Position numbers and translations under genes: made by a program. DNA of 64,000 nt from an uncultured Desulfobacter sp. (GTDB lineage: Bacteria > Desulfobacterota > Desulfobacteria > Desulfobacterales > Desulfobacteraceae): positions 4,576,001 through 4,640,000 of the forward strand of contig OY762069.1 of assembly GCA_963665095.1 (NCBI GenBank). Reading direction: 5' to 3'. Positions 33,539 to 44,758 of this stretch are shown piece after piece (the first letter of the stretch is position 1; the number at the start of each line of letters is the position of its first letter). The notes under the pieces are model-generated. The model worked only from the letters and a program-made list of their open reading frames with translations, was not told where the DNA came from and searched no databases.

Positions 33539-34918
33539 TTAGAAATCAATGGACCCGGGCGTTCTTGGAAATGCAATCACATCCCGGATATTGGTGATCC
33601 CGGTGATCATCATCAAAAACCGCTCAAACCCCATACCGAACCCTGAATGGGGTACCGTTCCAAACCTGCGGGAGTCCAGGTACCACCAGTAGGCGGATTT
33701 ATCCAACTCCATCTCATCCATCCGGGCTTCCAGCCGGTCCAGGCGCTCTTCCCTCTGGCTGCCCCCAATGAGTTCACCGATGCCCGGCACCAGAAGATCC
33801 ACTGCAGCCACAGTGTTGCCGTCATCATTCATCCGCATGTAAAAAGGTTTGATCTCTTTGGGGTAATCTGTGAGAAACACCGGGGTTTTGCAATACTCCT
33901 CCGCCAGAAACCGCTCATGTTCCGACTGAAGATCAATACCGTATGTAACAGGAAACTCAAAGGTCTGGCCTGATTTTTCCAGAATATTCACGGCTTCAGT
34001 ATATGTCAGCCGGGCAAAGGGTTTATTGACAAGAATCTCCAGCCGGGGGGCCAGTGTCTTATCCACAAACCGTGTAAACAGCCCGAGATCCTCTTCACAA
34101 TCCGCCATGGCTGTTTTGACCAGATGCGTCACCAGCTCCTCAGCATGATCCATGTTGCCGTCAAGGTCGCAGAAAGCCATCTCCGGTTCCAGCATCCAGA
34201 ATTCTGCCACATGGCGGCGGGTATTGGAATTTTCCGCCCTGAAGGCCGGGGAAAAAGTATAGACATCACCAAGCGCCATGGCAAACATTTCAGCAGAGAG
34301 CTGTCCAGACACTGTCAGGTTGGCTTCCTGCCCGAAAAAATCCCTGGAAAAATCCATTTTCCCCTGTTTTTGCACATCTTCCGGATTAAGGCTTGTGACC
34401 CGGAACATCTCCCCGGCCCCTTCACAATCCGAGCCGGTTATCAGAGGGGAGTGCAGGTAAAAAAAGCCTTTTTCACGGTAAAAGGCGTGAATGGCCTGGG
34501 CCATAACAGATCGGATCCTGAATGCAGCCCCGTATTTGTTGGTCCGCGGCCTGAGATGGGCAATGGATCTTAAAAATTCATCCGAATGCCGCTTTTTCTG
34601 CAGGGGGTAATCTTCCGGGGCAAAGCTGATTACCTCAAGTGAGGTTGCCTTAATTTCCCATTTCTGGCCCTTGCCCGGGGACTCTGCCAGATGCCCTGCC
34701 ACACTAATGGCCGAGCCGGTGGTCAGCTTTTCCACCTGGCTGTAATTGGCCAGACTGTTTTCAGCGATCACCTGGATATTGGAAAGGGTTGAACCGTCAT
34801 TGAGTTCAAGAAAAGAAAACTCTTTTGAGTCCCGTCTTGTCCTCACCCAGCCCTGTACAAAAACCTCCCCCGGGGAGGCCGTCATCTTCAGAAGTACCTT
34901 GATCTTGGTTCTTTTCAT
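33539..34918 (-). CDS. asnS: Asparagine--tRNA ligase
   Basis: GWVRTRR, SDCEGAGEMF, LTVSGQL, FRAENSNT and ELIGGSQRE motifs. Confidence 0.97.
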   Translation of the reverse strand: MKRTKIKVLLKMTASPGEVFVQGWVRTRRDSKEFSFLELNDGSTLSNIQVIAENSLANYSQVEKLTTGSAISVAGHLAESPGKGQKWEIKATSLEVISFAPEDYPLQKKRHSDEFLRSIAHLRPRTNKYGAAFRIRSVMAQAIHAFYREKGFFYLHSPLITGSDCEGAGEMFRVTSLNPEDVQKQGKMDFSRDFFGQEANLTVSGQLSAEMFAMALGDVYTFSPAFRAENSNTRRHVAEFWMLEPEMAFCDLDGNMDHAEELVTHLVKTAMADCEEDLGLFTRFVDKTLAPRLEILVNKPFARLTYTEAVNILEKSGQTFEFPVTYGIDLQSEHERFLAEEYCKTPVFLTDYPKEIKPFYMRMNDDGNTVAAVDLLVPGIGELIGGSQREERLDRLEARMDEMELDKSAYWWYLDSRRFGTVPHSGFGMGFERFLMMITGITNIRDVIAFPRTPGSIDF

Positions 34919-35001
34919 TGCAATTTCCGTATAAAAATTCTATAGTTATTGATTTTTTAGTAAACACAGACAAATAATTAAACCATAGAAAAATCAGTAT
35001 C

Positions 35002-37524
35002 ATGCACAAACAAAATTATCAATATATCCTTAACCGGGTGCAGACTCCGACCCGGTATTCCGGCAATGAAATCAATGCCGTAAAAAAAAATCATGATGAT
35101 GTCCAACTGACCTTTGCACTGGCCTTTCCTGACCTGTATGAAATCGGGACCTCTCACTTTGGCCTTCAGATCCTTTACTCCATCCTAAATGCCAGGCAGG
35201 ACATCGCGGCCGAACGATTTTTTACCCCTGCCCCGGATATGGAGGCCCTGATGCGGGAAAGACAGGTACCCTGCCTTTCCATGGAGACCCGGACCCCTAT
35301 GCGCAAGTTTGATATCATCGGGGTCAGCCTGCTGTATGAACTTAATTTTACCAATATTCTGACCCTGTTTGATCTTTCCGGCATCCCTTTTTATGCAGAC
35401 CAGCGGGACGACAGCTACCCCCTGATCATTGCCGGAGGCCCCTGCGCCTTTAACCCGGAGCCCCTGGCTGATTTTTTTGACGCCTTTGTCATTGGTGACG
35501 GAGAAGAGACAATCACCCAGGTGGCTGATGCGGTAATCGCATTCAAACAGGAAGGGGATAAAAAAAAAACAACCCTTCTGAAGCAGCTTTCTCAAATCCA
35601 GGGGGTCTATGTTCCCTCCTTTTTCACAGCGTCCCGGGATGCAGCCGGCTGCCAGATTCTCACACCGAACTGCCAGGACCATAGCCGCATCCGACGGGCC
35701 ATTGTGCCGGAACTGACCCTGGCCCATTTTCCCATAGCCCCCATTGTGCCATACGCCAAGCCGGTCCATGACCGCCTGCGCCTGGAAATTGCCCGGGGAT
35801 GTTCCAGGGGGTGCCGGTTCTGCCAGGCCGGGATGATCTACCGGCCGGTGCGGGAGCGAAGCCTGAAAGACCTTATGGATATAACCCATGCCTCCCTGGC
35901 TGCCACGGGATATTCAGACATTTCACTTCTCTCCTTAAGTACCGGAGATTATTCTGAACTTTCCGTATTAATGGAAGCACTGCTTGCAGCCAGCACCGGC
36001 CAGTGCAATGCCATCTCCCTTCCCTCCATCCGGGCTGAAAAACTGACCCCCCGGCTGATGGAACTGATTAAAAGCGTACGCAAAACAGGATTTACCATCG
36101 CCCCGGAGGCCGGCACCCAGCGCCTGCGTGACATTATCAACAAAAACCTGACCGAAGAGAGTATTGCCAAAACCGTTGAAAATGCTCTGGCTTTGGGCTG
36201 GAAAAATATCAAACTGTACTTTATGACAGGCCTGCCCTTTGAGCAGATGGCGGATATCCAGGGAATTGCCGACCTCTCCCGGCGGCTGGCATCGGCCCAT
36301 GCCAAAGGAAAACAGATGATCCATGTCTCGGCCACCTGTTTTATCCCCAAAGCCCATACCCCGTTCCAGCGCCATGCCCAGATGCATTTGGAGGAGACCC
36401 TTGAAAAACTGCAGTTTCTGAAAGACAATTTAAGACATCCAAAGGTCAAGTTGAAATGGCAGGACCCGAAAATGAGCCTTCTGGAAGGTGTCTGGGCCAG
36501 AGGAGACCGCAGAATTGCACCGTTACTGGTTAAAGCATATGAACTTGGCTGCCGCCTGGACGGGTGGAGCGACCATTTTAACTTTAATCTGTGGGAAGCG
36601 GCGTTTGACGCCACAGGTATTGATCCGGCCTTCTATACCTCACGGCCGCGCACACCGGAGGAACCCCTGCCATGGGATCACATTGATTCGGGCATTAAGG
36701 CACAGTTTCTGGAAAATGAATTTAAAAAAGCAGAAAAGATGGCCCTGACACCGGACTGCCGGGAAACCAGCTGCACAGGATGCGGAATCTGCGATTTTAA
36801 AACCATCCAGCCGGTAATACAAAATAGTAGTGAGAACCATCAGGATTCAAACCTGCCCAAAAAAACAGAAGCACCTTCTCAGCCATCCCCTTTCTCAGAC
36901 GAGGCCTTTATCAAGTATGAAATCAGGTTTTCAAAACTGGATGACGCCCGCTTTTTCGGCCATCTTGAAATGGCCACCATTTTTGAAAGGGCCGTGAAGC
37001 GTGCAGGCCTTGCCGCGAAATATTCCAGAGGATTCAACCCTGCCATGCGTATCTCTTTTGATACAGCCCTGCCTTTAGGCATGGAAAGTGAAGATGAAAT
37101 CCTCTACATCTACTTTGAAAAAGGGAAAAAACCTGAAAAGATCATGGCAGCCCTGAATGCTCAGTTGCCGGAAGGATTCCGTGTTACCACAAGCCTGCTT
37201 TATTCCAAAAAGCGACAGATAAAAAAACCGGACCAGGCGTACCAGGTTTTTTTTAATACGCCTTGTATCAGCCAGCCCGATATAGACCGGTTTCTGGATT
37301 TGTCTGAATTTCTGGTTGAAGATATCAGCAAAAAAGGTAAAATCCGTAAGACGGATTTGCGAAAAACACTTTCATCCATCCAGCTGACCGCACCGGACAA
37401 CCTGGAAATGACGCTGACACCTTACAATGAGCGGACCGTTAGGCCCTCAGAAATTTTAACCAAAGGGTTTGGGCTGGATGAGGCCGTTATCCACGATGCG
37501 AGAATAAAAAAACTCAAAATGTAA
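35002..37524 (+). CDS. B12-binding radical SAM protein fused to a radical-SAM-linked C-terminal domain (TIGR03960/TIGR03936-like)
   Basis: FPDLYEIGTS, RGCSRGCRFC, LPWDHI, CTGCGIC, then RFFGHLE...YSRGFNP...ALPLGMESE. Confidence 0.9.
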   Translation: MHKQNYQYILNRVQTPTRYSGNEINAVKKNHDDVQLTFALAFPDLYEIGTSHFGLQILYSILNARQDIAAERFFTPAPDMEALMRERQVPCLSMETRTPMRKFDIIGVSLLYELNFTNILTLFDLSGIPFYADQRDDSYPLIIAGGPCAFNPEPLADFFDAFVIGDGEETITQVADAVIAFKQEGDKKKTTLLKQLSQIQGVYVPSFFTASRDAAGCQILTPNCQDHSRIRRAIVPELTLAHFPIAPIVPYAKPVHDRLRLEIARGCSRGCRFCQAGMIYRPVRERSLKDLMDITHASLAATGYSDISLLSLSTGDYSELSVLMEALLAASTGQCNAISLPSIRAEKLTPRLMELIKSVRKTGFTIAPEAGTQRLRDIINKNLTEESIAKTVENALALGWKNIKLYFMTGLPFEQMADIQGIADLSRRLASAHAKGKQMIHVSATCFIPKAHTPFQRHAQMHLEETLEKLQFLKDNLRHPKVKLKWQDPKMSLLEGVWARGDRRIAPLLVKAYELGCRLDGWSDHFNFNLWEAAFDATGIDPAFYTSRPRTPEEPLPWDHIDSGIKAQFLENEFKKAEKMALTPDCRETSCTGCGICDFKTIQPVIQNSSENHQDSNLPKKTEAPSQPSPFSDEAFIKYEIRFSKLDDARFFGHLEMATIFERAVKRAGLAAKYSRGFNPAMRISFDTALPLGMESEDEILYIYFEKGKKPEKIMAALNAQLPEGFRVTTSLLYSKKRQIKKPDQAYQVFFNTPCISQPDIDRFLDLSEFLVEDISKKGKIRKTDLRKTLSSIQLTAPDNLEMTLTPYNERTVRPSEILTKGFGLDEAVIHDARIKKLKM

Positions 37525-37546
37525 ATATAAACCCTAAGGATATACC

Positions 37547-39121
37547 ATGCTCAAGGAACTTGTTGTAAATTGGGCCCCCCATGAGACCCGGGTGGCCCTT
37601 CTGGAAAACGGCACCATTGCAGAAGTTTTTATTGAACGCAGGGATGAAACAAGCATTGCCGGAAATATTTATAAAGGCCGGGTCCAGCGGGTGTTGCCGG
37701 GTATGCAGGCCGCATTCGTAGACATTGGATTTGACCAGGCCGCATTTATTTATGTGGATGATGTGCTGGATTCAGCCAGTCTTAAGTTGTGCAAGCAGTT
37801 TGAACAGGACGCTTACAGTGATGACGACCGTGAAGAAGGCAGCATGGATGTCGGCCGTCTTGAAGATGAATCTGAATCCTGGGAACCAATGGCACCGGAC
37901 TGTGCCATTGAAGGGCTTTTAACCGAGGGGCAGGAAATACTGGTCCAGGTGGCAAAATCCTCCATCGGTTCCAAAGGCCCCAGGGTCACCACCCATATCT
38001 CCCTGGCCGGCAGGTATATGGTGCTTATGCCCACTGTGGATCATATCGGTATTTCCAGACGAATCACAGACGAGACCGAGCGTACCCGTCTCAAGGAGAT
38101 GCTGCTTAAAATACGAAAAAGCAATTTCGGATACATATTCAGAACCCAGGCCAGGGATATTGATGAAGCCACTTTGACCAAGGAGCTGGAATTCTTAAAC
38201 AACACCTGGCAGGACATCCAGGATAAAAGCCAGACCCTTTCCGCCACCGCCCTGATTTACAAAGACCTGAATGCCACATTCCGCGCGGTCAGAGATCTGC
38301 TTGCCAATGAGGCGGACAAACTTATCATTGATTCCAGAGAAGAATACGATAATGTCCAGAATTTTCTAAAAAAGCTGATGCCAGACGTCAACCTTTCCGT
38401 TGAACTGTACGAAGGAAAGGAATCCATATTCGACGCATATAATATCGAAGGAGACATCACCCGGGCATTAAAAAAGAAGGTCTGGCTAAAATCCGGCGGC
38501 TATATTGTTATTGAGCAGACAGAGGCTCTGGTGGCCATTGATGTGAACACAGGCAGGTATGTGGGCAAGCGCAATTTTGATGAAACCATCCTTAAAACCA
38601 ACCTGGAAGCGGTAAAGGAAATCGCCTACCAGGTCCGGCTGCGCAACATCGGCGGTATCATTATTATTGATTTTATCGACATGCGTAAAAACTCCCACAA
38701 GGAAAAGGTCATGGCCCAGCTGCACGAAGCAGTGAAAAAAGACAAGAGCCAGACAAACATCCTGCCCCTCACCGAGCTGGGCCTGGTCCAGATGACGCGC
38801 AAGCGCACCCGGCGCAACCTGACCCGGACCTTGTGCGAGCCCTGTTTTTACTGCAACGGCAACGGATACCTGCTGTCCGGCAAATCCATCTGTTACAAAA
38901 TTTACAGAGATCTGATCTCAGAGGCTAAAGACATGATGGGAAATCAGTTTACCGTCAAAGTACACCCTGAAATCGCCCAGCTCCTTCATGGCAGTGAAAA
39001 TCATCTGCTGGTCGGTCTTGAATCCAGATTCTCAAAGCCTATTGCCATTTATCCGGAACCCCATTATCACATTGAGGAGTACCATATCTTTGAATCCCTG
39101 ACACCAAGACCTGGAAATTGA
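37547..39121 (+). CDS. rng: Rne/Rng family ribonuclease (RNase G)
   Basis: GNIYKGRVQRVLPGMQAAFVDIG, AIDVNTG, GGIIIIDFIDM and a CFYC zinc link. Confidence 0.93.
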   Translation: MLKELVVNWAPHETRVALLENGTIAEVFIERRDETSIAGNIYKGRVQRVLPGMQAAFVDIGFDQAAFIYVDDVLDSASLKLCKQFEQDAYSDDDREEGSMDVGRLEDESESWEPMAPDCAIEGLLTEGQEILVQVAKSSIGSKGPRVTTHISLAGRYMVLMPTVDHIGISRRITDETERTRLKEMLLKIRKSNFGYIFRTQARDIDEATLTKELEFLNNTWQDIQDKSQTLSATALIYKDLNATFRAVRDLLANEADKLIIDSREEYDNVQNFLKKLMPDVNLSVELYEGKESIFDAYNIEGDITRALKKKVWLKSGGYIVIEQTEALVAIDVNTGRYVGKRNFDETILKTNLEAVKEIAYQVRLRNIGGIIIIDFIDMRKNSHKEKVMAQLHEAVKKDKSQTNILPLTELGLVQMTRKRTRRNLTRTLCEPCFYCNGNGYLLSGKSICYKIYRDLISEAKDMMGNQFTVKVHPEIAQLLHGSENHLLVGLESRFSKPIAIYPEPHYHIEEYHIFESLTPRPGN

Positions 39122-39150
39122 TTGACAATATTAGATATATGAATTAGTAT
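39122..39150 (+). promoter_or_regulatory. Sigma-70 promoter of the rpmH operon
   Basis: TTGACA-N17-TAGTAT. Confidence 0.75.
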
Positions 39151-39222
39151 TTTTTGTTTATTGTGGCCAGTGTGGTCATTTGCAACTGACAAAAACCTGA
39201 CAGGACAAGGAAACAAAAACCC

Positions 39223-39360
39223 ATGAAACGGACTTATCAGCCAAGCAACCGGAAAAGAACCAGAAAACACGGATTCCTGAAAAGAATGTCTACCCCGGGC
39301 GGCAAACGCATTATCAACGCCAGACGTGCCAAGGGAAGAAAAAGACTGACCACGGTGTAA
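39223..39360 (+). CDS. rpmH: 50S ribosomal protein L34 (not in the ORF track)
   Basis: [45 protein letters not shown]. Confidence 0.97.
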   Translation: MKRTYQPSNRKRTRKHGFLKRMSTPGGKRIINARRAKGRKRLTTV

Positions 39361-39375
39361 CTTCTCAGGGGTTTA

Positions 39376-39723
39376 TTGACTAACTTTTCTTTACCCAAAG
39401 ATGTTCGGCTCCTGAAGCGGGCCGATTTTTTAAAGCTTTCACAACATGGCAGAAAGATACGAACCGGTTATTTTATAGCCGCTGTTTCCAAGGGAACAGA
39501 AAAAAACAATCGAATTGGAATTACCGTATCGAAAAAAGTGGGGAATGCAGTCGCGCGTAACAGAATAAAAAGGCTTATAAGAGAATATTTCAGACACAGG
39601 AAAAATAGTTTACCCGGAACAAACGACATCAGCATTATTGCACGCAAAGGTCTGACAACACTGTCCAATAAACAGATTAATGAAAAGCTTGATAAACTTT
39701 TCCAAAAAATACCATTAGTATAA
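39376..39723 (+). CDS. rnpA: Ribonuclease P protein component
   Basis: RIGITVSKKVGNAVARNRIKR motif; synteny with rpmH. Confidence 0.95.
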   Translation: MTNFSLPKDVRLLKRADFLKLSQHGRKIRTGYFIAAVSKGTEKNNRIGITVSKKVGNAVARNRIKRLIREYFRHRKNSLPGTNDISIIARKGLTTLSNKQINEKLDKLFQKIPLV

Positions 39724-39936
39724 ATGATCAGACAGCTGTTAACCATATTGATCAGATTTTATCAGATTTTTATATCTCCGCTTTTAGGGACCCATTGCAG
39801 ATATGAACCAACATGTTCTGCCTATGCCCTTGAAGCGGTTAATAAATACGGCAGTATTAAAGGTGGCGCCATGGCATTGAAACGCATTCTGCGCTGCCAC
39901 CCGTTCCGACCCGGCGGCTATGATCCGGTTCCTTAA
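39724..39936 (+). CDS. yidD: Membrane protein insertion efficiency factor
   Basis: [10 protein letters not shown] and [15 protein letters not shown] motifs. Confidence 0.95.
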   Translation: MIRQLLTILIRFYQIFISPLLGTHCRYEPTCSAYALEAVNKYGSIKGGAMALKRILRCHPFRPGGYDPVP

Positions 39937-40020
39937 ATCGCCTTTTAGAACAAACTGTTAGCCATCTTCTGCATCCCTCTTCTTTAAATTTAGACATTTT
40001 GCTTTTTATTAGGAGAGAAG

Positions 40021-41697
40021 ATGGACGAGCAAAAACGATTATTACTCGCTGTGGTGCTGTCAATTATAGTCCTGTTGGGCTACCAGTATTTTTTTGCACC
40101 CGCTCCCCAGCCTGATAATCCCGCCCAAAATACCCCCTCCCAGGCCCAGCAGGAAACCAGCCAGAACGGTTCTCCAAAGGTATCGGATTATACCCCTCAG
40201 ACAGCGCCAGCACAAGCTAAGACACCCCCGGCAGACACCAGAGAATTTCGGACCATCACCTTATCCACGCCACTGTATACCATTGCGCTCAGCGAGCATC
40301 TGGCCACCGTCACCAGCCTGACGCTGAAAGATTACAAGGAGACCATGGCTGAGGACTCTGCCCAGAAACAGCTGGTCTCTAAGGAACTTGCAGACCAAAC
40401 TGGCGGGGTTTTTACCCTGGATACGGAACAGGGCAGCATCAGGGGCCTGAACGATGCGGTTTACTCCTCAGACACTCCCGAAACGGCTCTGACGCTGAAT
40501 GAAGGAGAAAAAACCATTACCTTCTCCTGGACTAATCCAGACGGAATCACGGTCAAAAAGGTGCTTACATTCAAAGCAGATACCTACCTGATCCATTGCG
40601 ACATCCTGGTTCAGAACGGATCAAACATGCCTGTCAATGACAGCATGATTATCAGCGTACCAGGATATTTTCCTGAAGAGGCCAAGCACCGTTCACGGTT
40701 TGCCTTTGAGGGCCCGGTGGCCTACCTTGACAGCTCCTTTACCACCATCAAGCCGGATGACATTGAAGACAAAGATACGTACACCGGCACTGTGGACTGG
40801 GCCGGTTACACCACCCGGTATTTTCTGACGGCTGTGTCACCGGACGTACCGGAATCCGCCACGTTAAAACTCTCCTTTGCCAATGAAGTCGTGACCAGCC
40901 GGCTCATAGCCAAAATGCCCCGCCTTGACCCCGAAAAGCAAAACCGTTATGCCTGCACCCTTTACATGGGCCCGAAAAGCCATAAAATTTTGAGTCAGTA
41001 TGACAATCTGCTGAAAAAAGCCGTAAATTTTGGATTTTTCGATATTCTGGCAAAGCCGCTGCTTATCGGCATGAACTTTATCCATGGCATTATTCCCAAC
41101 TACGGGATAGCCATCATTCTTCTGACCGTTATCATAAAGTTGATCTTCTGGCCCCTTGGCACCAAAAGTTACAAGTCCATGAACGAGATGAAAAAGGTGC
41201 AGCCCCTGATGATGGAACTCAGGGAAAAGTACAAGGATGACAAGCAGCGTATGAACCAGGAGATTATGGGCCTTTATAAAACCTACAAGGTCAACCCGGC
41301 GTCAGGCTGCCTGCCCCTGCTGGTTCAGATGCCCATTTTCTTTGCTCTTTACCGCATGCTGTACATGGCCATTGAACTGCGCCATGCCCCATTTATTGGA
41401 TGGATCACAGACCTGTCCGGGCCTGACCGCCTGTTTCACTTTAACTTCAGCATTCCATTTATGGAGCCCCCATACGGGATTCCTGTGCTGACCCTGATCA
41501 TGGGTGCATCGTTCCTGATTCAGCAGAAAATGACACCGACTGCCGGTGATCCCATGCAGGCCAAAATGATGATGCTCATGCCCATATTCATGACCGTCCT
41601 GTTTATCAATTTTCCGGCAGGTCTGGTTTTGTACATGTTCGTCAACAACATCATCTCAATGGGCCAGCAGTATTACACACAAAAGATATTAGCCTAA
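40021..41697 (+). CDS. yidC: Membrane protein insertase YidC
   Basis: NYGIAIILLT, GCLPLLVQMPIFFALY and PAGLVLY motifs. Confidence 0.96.
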   Translation: MDEQKRLLLAVVLSIIVLLGYQYFFAPAPQPDNPAQNTPSQAQQETSQNGSPKVSDYTPQTAPAQAKTPPADTREFRTITLSTPLYTIALSEHLATVTSLTLKDYKETMAEDSAQKQLVSKELADQTGGVFTLDTEQGSIRGLNDAVYSSDTPETALTLNEGEKTITFSWTNPDGITVKKVLTFKADTYLIHCDILVQNGSNMPVNDSMIISVPGYFPEEAKHRSRFAFEGPVAYLDSSFTTIKPDDIEDKDTYTGTVDWAGYTTRYFLTAVSPDVPESATLKLSFANEVVTSRLIAKMPRLDPEKQNRYACTLYMGPKSHKILSQYDNLLKKAVNFGFFDILAKPLLIGMNFIHGIIPNYGIAIILLTVIIKLIFWPLGTKSYKSMNEMKKVQPLMMELREKYKDDKQRMNQEIMGLYKTYKVNPASGCLPLLVQMPIFFALYRMLYMAIELRHAPFIGWITDLSGPDRLFHFNFSIPFMEPPYGIPVLTLIMGASFLIQQKMTPTAGDPMQAKMMMLMPIFMTVLFINFPAGLVLYMFVNNIISMGQQYYTQKILA

Positions 41698-41706
41698 GGA
41701 GGAGAC

Positions 41707-42666
41707 ATGAACCAACCTCTTGAATTTACAGGAAAAGACGTCAACCTGGCTGTTGAGAAAGCCTGCAAGGAACTTAAACTGGCCAAAAAAGAACTGAAGT
41801 ATGATGTCATTTCCACCGGGACCTCCGGTATTTTTGGCATTGTGGGCCGTAAAGATGCCCGTATCCGGGTAACGGTTCCCAAAGCGCAAACTAAAAAAAC
41901 AACTGAGGATAAAGAAGGAATTCTTTCCATTGTGGATGAGGCTTTTGGTCAGGACACTCGGATTGAACCCAAAAAACCGGCACCAGCACCTAAAAAAGCA
42001 GCGCCCATTCCAGCACCTGAACAGGAAACGGATGAAACCGACACAGAGTTATGGTCTGATGAACCTGATGTGGACAGCGATGACGATTATGAAGATGAAG
42101 ATACCGGCCGCTGGGATGCCCACCCGGCACCAAGATCGGGAGAGCCTGATGTGGAAGAGCTTCCGCCGGTACCTGTATCCCAGGCATCCATTGATTTAGG
42201 GGTTGAAGCCGTGCAGAAAATGGCAGACCTGATAACAGAGGATGCCCATGTAGACGCTGTCACCCAGGAGGACAGGCTGACCCTTCAGATCACGGGGGGA
42301 AACACCGGCATCCTTATCGGACGCAAGGGCCAGACCCTTGATGCCATGCAGTTTCTTGCAGATAAAATCATCAACCGTCAAAGCGAGGCACGGGTACGGG
42401 TTAAAGTCGACATTGAAGGCTATATGGAAACCCGGAAAGCCAATTTAAGGCACCTGGCCCTGAAAATGGCGGAAAAAGCAAAAAAGACCGGTCGGCCGGC
42501 CACCATCAACCAGATGAGCGCCCAGGACCGCCGCATTGTGCACCTGGCTCTGAAAGAGGATTCCCAGGTCCGGACCCAGAGTATGGGAGACGGGTATTAC
42601 AGACGGCTGGTAATTTTCCCGAAAAAACGTAACAGTTTCAGGGGAAAGAAACGGTTCAAAAAATAA
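41707..42666 (+). CDS. jag: Jag/EloR (KhpB) RNA-binding protein
   Basis: Jag N-domain, KH motif LIGRKGQTLDAMQ and R3H motif RRIVH. Confidence 0.93.
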   Translation: MNQPLEFTGKDVNLAVEKACKELKLAKKELKYDVISTGTSGIFGIVGRKDARIRVTVPKAQTKKTTEDKEGILSIVDEAFGQDTRIEPKKPAPAPKKAAPIPAPEQETDETDTELWSDEPDVDSDDDYEDEDTGRWDAHPAPRSGEPDVEELPPVPVSQASIDLGVEAVQKMADLITEDAHVDAVTQEDRLTLQITGGNTGILIGRKGQTLDAMQFLADKIINRQSEARVRVKVDIEGYMETRKANLRHLALKMAEKAKKTGRPATINQMSAQDRRIVHLALKEDSQVRTQSMGDGYYRRLVIFPKKRNSFRGKKRFKK

Positions 42667-44037
42667 ATGGATACAATTGCCGCCATAGCCACCCCTTTTG
42701 GAAGCGGCGGTATCGGGGTTATCCGGGTGTCAGGCCCAAAATCCTTTGAGCTGGCATCCCGAATTTTTTCAAAGACACCGTGCCGGGTGACAAAAAGCCT
42801 GACTTTTGAGTCTCATAAGGTAATTCACGGATTCATATGCGACGGTGACAGTGTGGTGGATGAAGTGCTTGTCATTCCCATGAAGAGCCCCCGTTCCTAC
42901 ACAGCCGAAGATGTTGTTGAGATCCAGGCACATGCCGGCACCATAGTTCTGCGGCGTATCCTGGATCTGCTGTTCAGTCTCGGGATCCGGCCGGCAGAGC
43001 CGGGAGAGTTTACCCGGCGGGCATTTCTGAACGGCCGCATTGACCTTACCCAGGCTGAGGCCGTGGCCGATATTATCAATGCCCGGTCAGATTCCGCTCT
43101 GAAATTTGCAGCTGCCCAGAACCGGGGCACCCTGCGCATCCGCATCGAGGAAATGACAACCGTTCTAACCACCCTGCTTGCCCGGCTTGAAGCAGCCATT
43201 GATTTTCCAGACGATGCCGGTATGTTTTCCTACACCGAGGAAGACGAAAAAGAGCTTAATACCATTGAAGACAAATGTGCGGAGCTTATCCGGCAACATG
43301 AAGACGCCTGCTTTTTAAAAAGCGGAATACGGCTGGCCATCTGCGGCGAACCCAATGTGGGCAAATCCAGTATCATGAACAGAATACTGGATAAAGAAAA
43401 GTCGATCATCACCGCCGTTCCCGGAACCACCCGTGACCCCATTGAAGACAGCATGAACATTGAAGGGGTTCCCTTTGTCATTGTCGACACTGCAGGCATC
43501 CACCAGACAGATGACCTTGTGGAGATCATCGGCATTGAAAAGGCCAGGGATCAGATTAAGGTAGCTGATCTGATATTATTTGTGCTTGAGCCGGGAAAAC
43601 CCTTTTGCACCAAAACTGCATCAAAAATTTTGCCTGATGGGAAACAGGTTATCTATGTCATAAATAAAATGGACCTGGCCGATGAACTGCCTGTACCGGA
43701 ACTACCGGAAGCAGTGGCTGCATCCCGGCCGGTGGAAGTCAGTGCATTGACCGGGAAAGGCATTAACACGTTGCGCGCAAGGATTATGGAAACCTGTATT
43801 GGCAGCCTTGAGATTGAAAATAATACGGTGATACCCAACCTGCGTCACAAAAACGCCCTGGTCCAGGCGCTTGCCAGTATCACCACGGCCATGAAGGGCT
43901 TTCGCAGGGGCCAGGAAGAAGAGACCCTGGCAATAGATATAAAGAACGGTATTGATCATCTGGGCACCATTACCGGGGCAACAGCACCGCCGGATATCCT
44001 GGATGCTGTTTTTAATAACTTTTGCATCGGAAAATAA
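42667..44037 (+). CDS. mnmE: tRNA modification GTPase MnmE
   Basis: DTIAAIAT, GEPNVGKSS, PGTTRD, DTAG and FCIGK motifs. Confidence 0.97.
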   Translation: MDTIAAIATPFGSGGIGVIRVSGPKSFELASRIFSKTPCRVTKSLTFESHKVIHGFICDGDSVVDEVLVIPMKSPRSYTAEDVVEIQAHAGTIVLRRILDLLFSLGIRPAEPGEFTRRAFLNGRIDLTQAEAVADIINARSDSALKFAAAQNRGTLRIRIEEMTTVLTTLLARLEAAIDFPDDAGMFSYTEEDEKELNTIEDKCAELIRQHEDACFLKSGIRLAICGEPNVGKSSIMNRILDKEKSIITAVPGTTRDPIEDSMNIEGVPFVIVDTAGIHQTDDLVEIIGIEKARDQIKVADLILFVLEPGKPFCTKTASKILPDGKQVIYVINKMDLADELPVPELPEAVAASRPVEVSALTGKGINTLRARIMETCIGSLEIENNTVIPNLRHKNALVQALASITTAMKGFRRGQEEETLAIDIKNGIDHLGTITGATAPPDILDAVFNNFCIGK

Positions 44038-44107
44038 CGGTAGCGGGCACGCCTGGTTTTATCCCGGCCACAACCCGCAACCAAACAGAAAAGATAAAGG
44101 TTTTTCC

Positions 44108-44758
44108 ATGGATTTAGATAAACATTTTGTTAAATACGAAGCTGTGGTCAGTATGGTGGACCAGGTATTTGACCGGGTCAAAAAAGAATTTCCAAAAGAG
44201 GTGTTCTGCAGGGAAAAATGTTCGGACTGCTGCTATGCTATTTTTGATCTGACCCTGATTGAGGCCTTGTACCTGAACCACAAGTTTAAGGAAAAATATA
44301 CCGGACATGAAAAAGCTGAGCTCGTTGCCATTGCGGATAAAACGGACCGGGCACTGGTAAAAATGAAACGGGAGGCCTATAAAAAGGTCAAGGAAGGGGC
44401 TGATCAGCTTGAAATTGTGGGGAGAATGTCCCAGGAGCGGGTCCGGTGTCCCCTGCTGGGGGAAAACAACCTTTGCCTGATGTATGAGTATCGACCCATC
44501 ACCTGCAGGGTTTACGGCATTCCGACGTCTACAGCCGGCGCTTCCCATATCTGCGGCAGAACCAATTTTGTCCAGGGAAAGGCTTATCCCACCCTGAATA
44601 TGGATAAAATCTACACCCAGCTCCAGCTGTTGTCCGCAGAATTGGTCAAGGAGATTAAATCCACCAATATCCGTATGCATGAACTGCTTATTCCGGTGTC
44701 CATGGCCATGATAACTGATTTCAATGATGACTTTCTTGGAGTGAAAAAAGATGAGTGA
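44108..44758 (+). CDS. YkgJ-family cysteine-cluster protein
   Basis: CREKCSDCC, CPLL, CLMYEYRPITCRVYG motifs. Confidence 0.85.
   Translation: MDLDKHFVKYEAVVSMVDQVFDRVKKEFPKEVFCREKCSDCCYAIFDLTLIEALYLNHKFKEKYTGHEKAELVAIADKTDRALVKMKREAYKKVKEGADQLEIVGRMSQERVRCPLLGENNLCLMYEYRPITCRVYGIPTSTAGASHICGRTNFVQGKAYPTLNMDKIYTQLQLLSAELVKEIKSTNIRMHELLIPVSMAMITDFNDDFLGVKKDE

Noticed and set aside
34059..34067. TTATCCACA DnaA box (another lies in reverse at 1311-1319)
   Set aside because: Isolated copies inside coding sequences; no cluster or unwinding element
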